Source: a virus. From it: a DNA stretch of 64,000 nt. Shown here in pieces: positions 19,650-28,408 of the stretch; positions within the stretch are counted from its first letter, which is position 1; every line of letters begins with the position of its first letter. Position numbers and translations under genes: made by a program. The DNA lies in the IMG/VR virus record IMGVR_UViG_3300017917_005108, positions 1-64,000 of that record; one strand, given 5' to 3'. The notes under the pieces were generated by a model, which worked only from the letters and a program-made list of their open reading frames with translations, was not told the origin of the DNA and made no database searches.

Positions 19650-20621
19650 TAATGGTACAATAAAGCTTGAAGTTACATTATGTTTTAAAGAATATTTTTT
19701 AATTTTATCTTCAATTTCATTTAATTTATTAGCGGGTATTGATTTAAGAGCTATTTGTGATAGGTTTTCAGGGTTGTATTCAATTATAGTAGGTCTAAAG
19801 ACTATATAATTAGTCATAGTTTTAGAAGCTATTTCTATTATTTTTTCATATTCATAAATATTAAGCGTATTTAAATTTACATTTATTTTAGATATAATAG
19901 TTTCTGGTTTTAGTTCATTAAATGTTTTTATATTATTAATAACTTTGTTAAAATTTTTATAAATTCTTATTTTGCTGTAAGTCTCTTTAGTGCCTGCATC
20001 AATAGAAAAGGTCACATTACCATGAGGCACTTCTTTTAAAAAATTTGTTATTATTGTTTTGTTTAGAAGAGTACAATTAGTAATTATATCAATTTTAAGC
20101 GTGTTTTTAAAGGCTTTATAATTAATATAATTTAATATATTAAAGATATTTTTTTTATAAAATGGCTCAGCTAAGCCGGTAATTTTTAAAGTTTTTAAAG
20201 TTGATAAGTAGGGTTTAATTTTATCTAATATTTTGTATGTTAAATTATCATTCTGCGGTATAAAATTAAGTGATGATCTGGGACACATTAAGCATGCTGT
20301 AAATTTAGTTGGCGCAGGTCCGCCTATATTGCAACTATAATTGGGTAGCTCTATTTCTATGCTTTCTATTTCATTTGTATTAATACAATAATTTTTATGT
20401 AATATCATCTTTGGACAACCTAAACTATTAATACAATTATGATGAAATTTATTATTTAATAAATAGCTTTTGATATTATTGTTGGTAGCATTATTAATAA
20501 TTTCTTCTATGTTTTTTATAAAGATATTTCCTAACGGTATCTTTTGATAACAGCAATTAAAAACATTGCCGTGTGAGTCTATTTTTAAATTATTAAAAGG
20601 ATACAGGCAGCGTACACTCAT
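19632..20621 (-). CDS. Radical SAM protein, N-terminal twitch domain, non-canonical CX12CX2C motif
   Basis: CLYPF...GNVFNCC; CNIGGPAPTKFTACLMC; GLAEPF; ITNCT; FSIDAGTKETYSKIR. Confidence 0.85.
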   Translation of the reverse strand: MSVRCLYPFNNLKIDSHGNVFNCCYQKIPLGNIFIKNIEEIINNATNNNIKSYLLNNKFHHNCINSLGCPKMILHKNYCINTNEIESIEIELPNYSCNIGGPAPTKFTACLMCPRSSLNFIPQNDNLTYKILDKIKPYLSTLKTLKITGLAEPFYKKNIFNILNYINYKAFKNTLKIDIITNCTLLNKTIITNFLKEVPHGNVTFSIDAGTKETYSKIRIYKNFNKVINNIKTFNELKPETIISKINVNLNTLNIYEYEKIIEIASKTMTNYIVFRPTIIEYNPENLSQIALKSIPANKLNEIEDKIKKYSLKHNVTSSFIVPLSSVHL

Positions 20622-21088
20622 AAAAGTTTTAAAGAAAAAATTTCTTTTCTTGTTATTGTATCAAAAAATACACAAAAATAGTTTTTGCTGGTGTTTAAAT
20701 AAATCATAAACATGTAATTTTTTAAATTAAATTTAAAGATAATTTTATAAACAGCTACATAGTTTATACTTAAAAAATATATTAAATTATCATAAAAACA
20801 AATAAAAGCTTTTCTTGCTTTACAATAACTAAAAATAGTAAATTTTTTAGGCTTTATTTTGTTTTTTAAATTATATTTTTTAAGTTTTTTTATTTTATTT
20901 TTATCTAACTTTTTAATGCGTTTTATAAAACTGGACTTTAAAAACGATATATCGCAGTCCAAGCAATTTGTCTTCAATAAAAAATTTAGCTGTTTAAAAT
21001 ATTCGTTTCTTAAATTTTCGCAATTATATATTTCACTTGGACATTGCTTTTCTTTATTAAAAAAATTTTCTATTATTATAGGTGTCAT
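20618..21088 (-). CDS. Protein with N-terminal four-Cys domain (paralog of 8113..8292)
   Basis: FFNKEKQCPSEIYNCENLRNEY...L...NCLDCDI..LKS. Confidence 0.65.
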   Translation of the reverse strand: MTPIIIENFFNKEKQCPSEIYNCENLRNEYFKQLNFLLKTNCLDCDISFLKSSFIKRIKKLDKNKIKKLKKYNLKNKIKPKKFTIFSYCKARKAFICFYDNLIYFLSINYVAVYKIIFKFNLKNYMFMIYLNTSKNYFCVFFDTITRKEIFSLKLL

Positions 21089-21873
21089 AAGTACATCTTA
21101 TATTCTCTTAAAGCTGCTTTTAACGCTAAATATTTGTCAGCTGATATAGCGCCTAAGTCTTCATTTAATACAAAGTCATCGTAATTTTCTTTTAATTCAA
21201 AATTTTTATTAAACCATGGTTTTTTATTTCCAACAAAATGTAAAAAAATAGCACTATTTAATTTTTCTTTTGATAGAAAACTAGTGGTGATGAAATATTT
21301 TTGAGGCAAAAGAGTTAAGTGTTTTTTAAATATTATATTAAATGTAGCTTGATTGCCTAACCAAGAATATTTTTTTGCTGTATTATATGCATTTAAGAGA
21401 AATTTTTTATTTAAAAATTTTTTATTTATCAACATTACACCACAATTAAAGCCATCATTAAATCCTATATGTGGTATTTCTTCTTTTATCATTGGGTGGT
21501 GGCAAGCACCAAAGTCTAAATTAAAATCTAACAATTCCTGTATACTTCCTCTACAAATCATATCTACATCTAAAAATATTATTTTCTCAAAGTTTTTTAT
21601 AGTAAAAATTTCAAATCTGTTACCTGGATTTATTCTCCATTGCCTCATTCCAGAAAACTTTAAATTTTTATATCTTTTTTTGTTTATATCACAAACAGTA
21701 ATGTTGGAGTATATCTGTTTAATGGTTTTTATGTCTTTTTCATCTAAATTACCTTCGTTAAAAATAATATATGGTAAACAAATACCCGGGTTGTTTTTGA
21801 GAATACTTTTTAATAAAACTATAAATCCTGGTACATAGTCTTTTGTTAATGTTGAAACAAAGCACTGCTTCAT
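21085..21873 (-). CDS. GT8 family glycosyltransferase (start revised to ATG 21873)
   Basis: DYVPG...LLKSI, KIIFLDVDMI, FNCGVMLI, NQATFN, LHFVGNKKPW; TAAATA-N5-ATG. Confidence 0.88.
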   Translation of the reverse strand: MKQCFVSTLTKDYVPGFIVLLKSILKNNPGICLPYIIFNEGNLDEKDIKTIKQIYSNITVCDINKKRYKNLKFSGMRQWRINPGNRFEIFTIKNFEKIIFLDVDMICRGSIQELLDFNLDFGACHHPMIKEEIPHIGFNDGFNCGVMLINKKFLNKKFLLNAYNTAKKYSWLGNQATFNIIFKKHLTLLPQKYFITTSFLSKEKLNSAIFLHFVGNKKPWFNKNFELKENYDDFVLNEDLGAISADKYLALKAALREYKMYL

Positions 21874-21923
21874 TAAACTATTTACATTGAAAATTACATC
21901 ATCAATATTATAATAAAGCATAT

Positions 21924-22571
21924 ATGCATGTTGTTTTTTTAGTTCCTCATGCTGATGATGAAGTTTTGCTTGGTGGCGGCACTATATCAAAGCATAAGCG
22001 TTGTAATGATACTGTATCTGTATGTACACTGGAGGAAGGTACTACAGATAGAACAATTTGTCAGAATAATGATATTTATGAGGCCGCAAAAATTTTAAAA
22101 ATAGATAATATCCACTGCTTAAATTTAGATGAGGATACGATTAGCAATAAATTAGACATTTTAGCAAAAAAAATTGAAGAGTACCTCTCTTCACAAAAAA
22201 TAGATATATTATATACAGTTTCTCCTGCTGACAACCATCAAGATCATAGAGCTCTTATTAAAGCTGTTAATATTGCAACAAGAGTAATAGGCCCATGCCC
22301 TATACCTGTTATAAGATGTGGTGAAACTATATCCTCTACAGATCAAACATTTAAATGTTTAGCGGCATTTACACCTAACTACTATAATATTTTGACTAAA
22401 GATGATTTACAGAATAAAATTAATGCTCTTAAATGCTATAAAAAAGAATTTAAGTCTCAACCTCATCCGAGATCTACAGAAATATTAAAAGCGTATGCAG
22501 AAATTAGAGGTTCAGAGTGTGGGAGTATGTACGCTGAGGCATTTATGCAAATGCGTAAAATTTCTTTTTAG
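21924..22571 (+). CDS. PIG-L/LmbE family N-acetylhexosamine deacetylase
   Basis: PHADDEVLLGGG, HQDH, KINALKCY, YAEAF. Confidence 0.9.
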   Translation: MHVVFLVPHADDEVLLGGGTISKHKRCNDTVSVCTLEEGTTDRTICQNNDIYEAAKILKIDNIHCLNLDEDTISNKLDILAKKIEEYLSSQKIDILYTVSPADNHQDHRALIKAVNIATRVIGPCPIPVIRCGETISSTDQTFKCLAAFTPNYYNILTKDDLQNKINALKCYKKEFKSQPHPRSTEILKAYAEIRGSECGSMYAEAFMQMRKISF

Positions 22572-23326
22572 CTTTCGTACTTAAAATAGAGATAATTAAG
22601 ATAAGAATCAGGTAAAGGGTTATTTAAATCATACATTACTCTTGAATTCCACTTACCTGTAGTTACAGCTGTGCTGCACCAGTGTATACAATATCTTTCA
22701 TTTAAAAGATTAATTGAATCACTATAGTTATTCAAAAATTTAAATATTTCTTCCATACTATCATTACCAAAATATTTTTTATCTACAACATACGGTAATA
22801 AATTTTCTGATAATATTTGATTATAAAATATTTTCAATGGCTTTATATATTCATTATTATGTTCATTAATACATTTTTCAGTATTTTTTTTAAGCTTTAA
22901 AAGCATGTGGTAGTCTTTAGGTAATTTTATCGTATTAGATACAACTTTAAACTTATTATGTGGCTTAAGAACAATGTGCTTACTTTGAAAAAAATCACTA
23001 TTAAAATTCTTAATACATGTTGTATCAAAGTCTACATACCAGCCACCGTATTTAAATAATAATTCATATCTAAAAATATCAGAGAACCCTCCAATAGAGT
23101 TTAATGGACAATCACCATTGCCTTGATAATAAAAAACCTTATCTTTAGGTAAAATTTCATTTGCATCAGTTATGTTTAAGTTTTTATGCTTTAAATGATC
23201 AAAAGATTTTGAATTATATGTAAAAATATTAACTTTATGGTTATTGATTAGAAAGCTCTTTATATTTAAATTGTCAAATCTAGTGAGAGGTTTACCATCC
23301 CAGAAAAAATTAATATGGTTTTCCAT
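22568..23326 (-). CDS. GT32-like (DXD) glycosyltransferase
   Basis: FFWDG, DANEI, FSDIFRYELLFKYGGWYVDFD, IHW. Confidence 0.85.
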   Translation of the reverse strand: MENHINFFWDGKPLTRFDNLNIKSFLINNHKVNIFTYNSKSFDHLKHKNLNITDANEILPKDKVFYYQGNGDCPLNSIGGFSDIFRYELLFKYGGWYVDFDTTCIKNFNSDFFQSKHIVLKPHNKFKVVSNTIKLPKDYHMLLKLKKNTEKCINEHNNEYIKPLKIFYNQILSENLLPYVVDKKYFGNDSMEEIFKFLNNYSDSINLLNERYCIHWCSTAVTTGKWNSRVMYDLNNPLPDSYLNYLYFKYES

Positions 23327-24095
23327 TGTTTTTTCTGTGGTATTTATTTAAATTAGAATAAAATGTAGCAAGCCTGCTTTTTGAAAATTTAATAAATTCA
23401 TGAATATCTTTAGTAAAACAGTGACCTCCCCATCCAAATTTTTTATCCCTTCCAGGAACATCTAAGTGGGATGAGCCTATACGCTCATCTAATCCAAGCA
23501 TTTTAGTAAACTCTTTAAAAGTACTCCTTAATTTTAGCTTTTTATGTATTAAAAATAATTCATTAGCTAGCGTGACTTTTAAAGATAAAAATACATTTTC
23601 AGAGTATTTTATAAGTGAAGCTGTCTGTATGTCAGTGGTATGAACATTCTTAACTTTCCTAAGTCTTGATTTTAATATCTTGCAGACTGTTTTAGCAGCG
23701 GAAGACTGACCTCCGGCAATAATAAACTTTTGATTAATAAAGTCATGTATATTATTCCAATGTGAGAGATATTCAGGGCTATGAACCAATTTTAAGTGTT
23801 TAAACTGTTTTTCTGCATTTTTGTAGAAAATAGGTGACGCTGTAGATTTGCAACAAACCAATAATTCAGTAAACGTACTGTTTAATGCTTCTAAAATACT
23901 ATTTAATAGTTTAAAATTTTCATTTTTTGGTGTATCAACACAAACGAAGGCAATATCTATTTTTGTATTTTTAAACGTTTGAATAGTATTATTGTTATAT
24001 TTTGGATCAACTATATGAACAATGTCTTTTTTAAAAGCGGATGCAACAGCTTTACCGACATAGCCATAGCCAATTATTAAAACATTATACTTCAC
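23310..24095 (-). CDS. UDP-glucose/GDP-mannose 6-dehydrogenase family, short form
   Basis: GYGYVG, FVCVDTP, KST, SPEYL, KYSENVFL, DERIG, GWGGHCFTKD; C-terminal domain absent. Confidence 0.88.
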   Translation of the reverse strand: MKYNVLIIGYGYVGKAVASAFKKDIVHIVDPKYNNNTIQTFKNTKIDIAFVCVDTPKNENFKLLNSILEALNSTFTELLVCCKSTASPIFYKNAEKQFKHLKLVHSPEYLSHWNNIHDFINQKFIIAGGQSSAAKTVCKILKSRLRKVKNVHTTDIQTASLIKYSENVFLSLKVTLANELFLIHKKLKLRSTFKEFTKMLGLDERIGSSHLDVPGRDKKFGWGGHCFTKDIHEFIKFSKSRLATFYSNLNKYHRKNNGKPY

Positions 24096-24131
24096 TTAAC
24101 TATTATATAAGCTTTTTGCAGAATTACAATA

Positions 24132-25481
24132 TTAAAAATTAAGATTTACCGGAGCCGGCTGTAAGACTGCTGGCCAGTTAGTTATAACATCTAATATACT
24201 GTAGTTATTAAAATTTTCTGAAAAAGATTTTATAGAATCGTTGATTAGTTCTTTTAGTTCTGTAATATCTTTTAAAACATTACTATCAGTAATATCGTTT
24301 TCGTCATCTAAAAATTTAAATATTTCTTTCTTTCTTTCTTCAAGATACTTTAATTTACTGTTAAAAATTTGCAATTTTATATCTTTTTGTTCTTCAGAAA
24401 GACTATCAGTTTCAAATAATTTTTTAACACTATTAACAGATAAATTGTTATCTGGTACATATATATTAATAGCTTTAATAAGTCTAAGAAGATAGTCATT
24501 TATTGCATAAAATTCAATACGCTTGTCTTCATAATCATTAGTAATAATTTTAATATCCTCACTACTATCTAAGCTAGCAGATGAATCTTTTGTGAGAACA
24601 TAAGTAGAGGTCTCTAAGTTAAAATTATTAAATGGCCAATAAAAGAATACATCGTCAATATTTTTAAAAACTGATAACTCTTCTATAAAATTTACTTTTG
24701 ATATTTTCTCAATTTCATTTTTATAACTGGCTTTTAAAAATCTACTATCTGTATTTTTCTCTGATAAATTTTCTATTTTTTTATTAAGCAAATCAATATA
24801 TTCTTCTCTCTTTTTTGACAAAACTGTATTCCAACAAGCTTTAATAAGTTCTCTTCTTTTATAATCGTCGACTTCGTTAATAACAGAAAGCTGAACTTCT
24901 TTATCAAAATGATATAGAATGTTAGCAATAGGTTGGCTTAGAGCGTCGATAACTTTTTTATTTTTAGAATAAAAAGCTTCTGCAAGAGCACCATCATACC
25001 TAACAATTAATAGGTCTAAGGTATCCATGTTAACATTGACTGGCTCGCCTAACATAGCATTACTTCTAAAAGCATCTATAATTTTTAACTCAATATCTGT
25101 ATTGCGTTGATAAGATACTTTTTGTGTTTTTCTTATTAACTTAAGTCTATCTATAATATACTTACAGTTTGATATTACATCATCTTTTAAAAAGTTACCT
25201 GGGGTTTGACCTGTAGGTATGCTTATAAAAATATTATATGATATATCTTTATAATCTAATGTGACTAAATTACCGCTTTTTAAATCAATAAAAGTTATGC
25301 TATTTTCACCTACTATAATTTTATTAGTGGGTACTGTATCTAAGCAATATTCTAAAAGCTCTTTATTAAGGGTTGTGAAATAAAAATTTTCGTTTGAATC
25401 ACCAACTATATTAATTTGCAGAGATAGCCCCCTTACAAAATGTTCTATATCTTTTTTTGTTATTAAAATTCTATTGCTCAT
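24132..25481 (-). CDS. Hypothetical protein, possible tail-fiber chaperone with two helical units ending in WP
   Basis: DVFFYWPF and DVITNWPAVLQP; last gene of fiber run. Confidence 0.4.
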   Translation of the reverse strand: MSNRILITKKDIEHFVRGLSLQINIVGDSNENFYFTTLNKELLEYCLDTVPTNKIIVGENSITFIDLKSGNLVTLDYKDISYNIFISIPTGQTPGNFLKDDVISNCKYIIDRLKLIRKTQKVSYQRNTDIELKIIDAFRSNAMLGEPVNVNMDTLDLLIVRYDGALAEAFYSKNKKVIDALSQPIANILYHFDKEVQLSVINEVDDYKRRELIKACWNTVLSKKREEYIDLLNKKIENLSEKNTDSRFLKASYKNEIEKISKVNFIEELSVFKNIDDVFFYWPFNNFNLETSTYVLTKDSSASLDSSEDIKIITNDYEDKRIEFYAINDYLLRLIKAINIYVPDNNLSVNSVKKLFETDSLSEEQKDIKLQIFNSKLKYLEERKKEIFKFLDDENDITDSNVLKDITELKELINDSIKSFSENFNNYSILDVITNWPAVLQPAPVNLNF

Positions 25482-26068
25482 GGGTATGTTTGGTTTGGAG
25501 TTTTTTTAAATTCTAGCTTGTTGCCACAACCCTCACTATCTTGAATCCAAATTTGAAAAGTTGCTGTACCTGCTGACATTCCAGAAAATGAATAATCTTT
25601 TGTGGGAGACCCTGATTGCCAGCTATCAAGACCTGCAGCAGTACCGAGATTTGTATTAACCCAGAAATAATATGGTGAACCTGCATCGCTATTTGATCCT
25701 TGACATCGTAAAGTAAAGGTATCTCTATTTCCTGAACCTATATTACTAACTGAAATTACAGGTTTACTATTATAAGAACTAAAAAACTCTGACATTCTTG
25801 CTGCTCTCCAGTTTGTAGAACCAAATGTAGATGAAATTGATTCCCAATTAGCGTTGGGAGCATAAAACCCACCATTTGCTACAGATTTTGCAGCTTCTAG
25901 TTGATATGGCATGCAAAGACTGTTTGCAGCACTGGCATTAGCGGATAATATACCACCCATTGCAGTTACTTCAGTCTGATCTAAAGAACTATTGGGATTA
26001 GTTAATCCCATATAAAATCTTATTGTACTAAACTGTAGTGGATTACCAGCGGTAGGTAGTCTAGCCAT
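25478..26068 (-). CDS. Putative fiber-associated/tip protein
   Basis: MARLPTAGNPLQFSTI N-terminus and RMSEFFS motif typical of genes following S74 fibers. Confidence 0.5.
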   Translation of the reverse strand: MARLPTAGNPLQFSTIRFYMGLTNPNSSLDQTEVTAMGGILSANASAANSLCMPYQLEAAKSVANGGFYAPNANWESISSTFGSTNWRAARMSEFFSSYNSKPVISVSNIGSGNRDTFTLRCQGSNSDAGSPYYFWVNTNLGTAAGLDSWQSGSPTKDYSFSGMSAGTATFQIWIQDSEGCGNKLEFKKTPNQTYP

Positions 26069-26072
26069 AAAC

Positions 26073-27683
26073 TTATTTATTTAATGCTTTTATTGATTCA
26101 ATAAGAAGAGGTATTAATTTCTCATATCTAACAGCTTTATAGCCATCATCTCTTGTTTCTACTATCTCAGGCATTACTTTCTCTACTTCTTGAGCTATAA
26201 CACCATAGTCTTTACCGTTTTTTCCAGAATTTTCACTCCATTCAAAATATACCCCTCTTAATTTGTTTATTTTTTCTAATGGAGATTCAATAGTACTGAC
26301 ATTATCTTTAAGACGCTCATCAGAAGAAGCAAAAGCTATAATATCTTGTGAAGCTCTAATAGCACCAGAAACTGTTAGATAACTAGATGAACCACCAGCT
26401 CCAATACGAGCTAGCATTCCTGAACCTGCACTTATTGTAATATAACTAGAATTTTGATTAAAGTAAATTTTACTACCATTAGTATTTTCTATATTAACAA
26501 AATCACCGTTATCACTTATAATGTTACAAGACCCATTATATGCATATAAAGATCCTGGCGAGTTGTATGCATTGATTGTTAATGCATAATTGTTGTTAGC
26601 AGGATTTATGTTAATACCTGCTACCCCTCCTCCAGAAGAAGCATTATCTTTAATAATTAGATAGGGGCTTGTATCGGGTCCCATTACTCTTAAAATAGTT
26701 TGATTATTAGGGCTACCAAGCTGTTGAATTACTACTGTATCTATATTGTTGTTATAATTAATAACACTTAAAGTACTTGTTACAGATACAATAGTATCGA
26801 GATAAGTAAGATCTCCTTGAACAGATAAATTTCCAACTACAGTAAGGTCACTTGAAAATAAAGAATTATCTCTAAATTGTGCAAAACCATAGAAATCAAA
26901 ATCAGGTGAACCTGCAACACCAGTTCGGTTAGATGAAAATGTAGTTACATATGTATCAGCAACTTTTAAAGCATTTTTTCCATTAGCTTTTAAATTAATA
27001 GAGGCTTTACCCTGTAAATCAAAGTTTCCTGAAACTGAATCTATTAATGAATTACCTAACGCACTTCTTGCATAAATTCCAATTTGATTAGGGCTTACAT
27101 TAATATCATTTACAAAAATATTTTTATCTACATTAACAGTTGCATCAAAATTGTTTAATACTTTTCTATTAGCTATACTACCAAAATAAAAACTGTTGCG
27201 TACAGCACAAAGAGAGAGATACGTAGAATCAAACTGTAGTTTACCTTGAATTCCCTGTATTTGTGTTGCACCTGCGTCGGGGTAACTAACAGAAAACCCT
27301 TCTCCTGTAAAATCTGGAGAAATTCGTAATTTATTTTCAAAAGGATCGCTATTAATGTTAGATATGTTGTTTATTGTATAAAATTTAGGATTTAAATTAC
27401 TCCATGAGCCACCTCCATTGTACGCATATAGAATATTGTTTTCATATATTAAGTCGCCTTGAGAGCTATAAGGATTAAAAGAGTTTTTATCACCTGTTTC
27501 CCCCAGGTATTTGTTACCAGCGGGTGTACCGCCTGGTGTAATACCGTCGCCAATAAACAATCTTCTTGTATCAATTGAATAGCCTAGCTCTCCTTCAGTC
27601 AAAACAGTAAGAACTCTTTCAGATTCTAGTCCTCTACGAACTAAAATCTTTACTATTGTGTCAGATGTAATTTCTACAGCCAT
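26073..27683 (-). CDS. Tail fiber with C-terminal peptidase S74 intramolecular chaperone
   Basis: VRRG...EGELGYSIDTRRLFIGDG N-terminus; SSDERLKDNV...GVIAQEVE..MPE.V......AVRYEKLIPLLIESIK. Confidence 0.9.
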   Translation of the reverse strand: MAVEITSDTIVKILVRRGLESERVLTVLTEGELGYSIDTRRLFIGDGITPGGTPAGNKYLGETGDKNSFNPYSSQGDLIYENNILYAYNGGGSWSNLNPKFYTINNISNINSDPFENKLRISPDFTGEGFSVSYPDAGATQIQGIQGKLQFDSTYLSLCAVRNSFYFGSIANRKVLNNFDATVNVDKNIFVNDINVSPNQIGIYARSALGNSLIDSVSGNFDLQGKASINLKANGKNALKVADTYVTTFSSNRTGVAGSPDFDFYGFAQFRDNSLFSSDLTVVGNLSVQGDLTYLDTIVSVTSTLSVINYNNNIDTVVIQQLGSPNNQTILRVMGPDTSPYLIIKDNASSGGGVAGININPANNNYALTINAYNSPGSLYAYNGSCNIISDNGDFVNIENTNGSKIYFNQNSSYITISAGSGMLARIGAGGSSSYLTVSGAIRASQDIIAFASSDERLKDNVSTIESPLEKINKLRGVYFEWSENSGKNGKDYGVIAQEVEKVMPEIVETRDDGYKAVRYEKLIPLLIESIKALNK

Positions 27684-27684
27684 A

Positions 27685-28377
27685 TTATAATTTTACCTTT
27701 AAAATTCCTGTTACAAGCTCGTAATACACCTGCCCTGTTCTGAGTGAGCCTACTGTAGAAGAATCTGGCAGAGAAAATAAAGCAAGATTACTCCATGTTA
27801 AATTTTTACCAGAGAAGTTTAAATTATTCACATTTAATGCTGATTCATCTACAGTTAAAGCACCACCAACTATTTTAATCTTCACATTATCATAACTAAC
27901 GCTCACCTTGCCTATACCTGAAGCTCTAGAAAAACCTTGAGTTAGGTCAAATACATCAGAGTTTACCTGAGCGGCACTAATACCTGTAGTTTGCACTACA
28001 AGTTGACCGCCGCCATTATATGTCATTGTTTTATTATCTGTTCTTGGACCTATAAATTGATAGGCTGCAGGATCTCCATAATTTGGAAAATTTGATGAAT
28101 CATAACCTGTTAATGCATAAAGCTTGCTATCGCTAGTACTAAAAATAATATCACCTATCTGCGCAGTAGCTAAATTAGTCCCTGTGGCCACACTTCCATT
28201 ATAATAAAGCTTAGCCCCGGTAGGATATCCGCCTTTTGTAACACCATCGCCTGCAAATAGGCGTTTTGATGCAGAATCAATAACATAGCCTAATTCTCCG
28301 TTATCTAGAGTAATTAGCTTTCTTTCAGCATCAGTACCTCTTCTAACTTTAAGTTTTACTACATTTACTGTGGCCAT
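27685..28377 (-). CDS. Short tail fiber-like protein (Mtd-N/hyaluronidase-like N-terminus)
   Basis: KLKVRRGTDAER...GELGY...KRLFAGDGVTKGG. Confidence 0.7.
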   Translation of the reverse strand: MATVNVVKLKVRRGTDAERKLITLDNGELGYVIDSASKRLFAGDGVTKGGYPTGAKLYYNGSVATGTNLATAQIGDIIFSTSDSKLYALTGYDSSNFPNYGDPAAYQFIGPRTDNKTMTYNGGGQLVVQTTGISAAQVNSDVFDLTQGFSRASGIGKVSVSYDNVKIKIVGGALTVDESALNVNNLNFSGKNLTWSNLALFSLPDSSTVGSLRTGQVYYELVTGILKVKL

Positions 28378-28408
28378 TGAAATTATTTATTAAAAATACT
28401 CTATTTCA

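Noticed and set aside
8997-24095. Bacterial capsule/LPS locus or classical RiPP cluster
   Set aside because: No flippase, polymerase, transporter, peptidase or RRE recognised; genes carry phage-type start signals
26073-28377. Diversity-generating retroelement suggested by Mtd-like N-termini
   Set aside because: No reverse transcriptase or template/variable repeat pair seen
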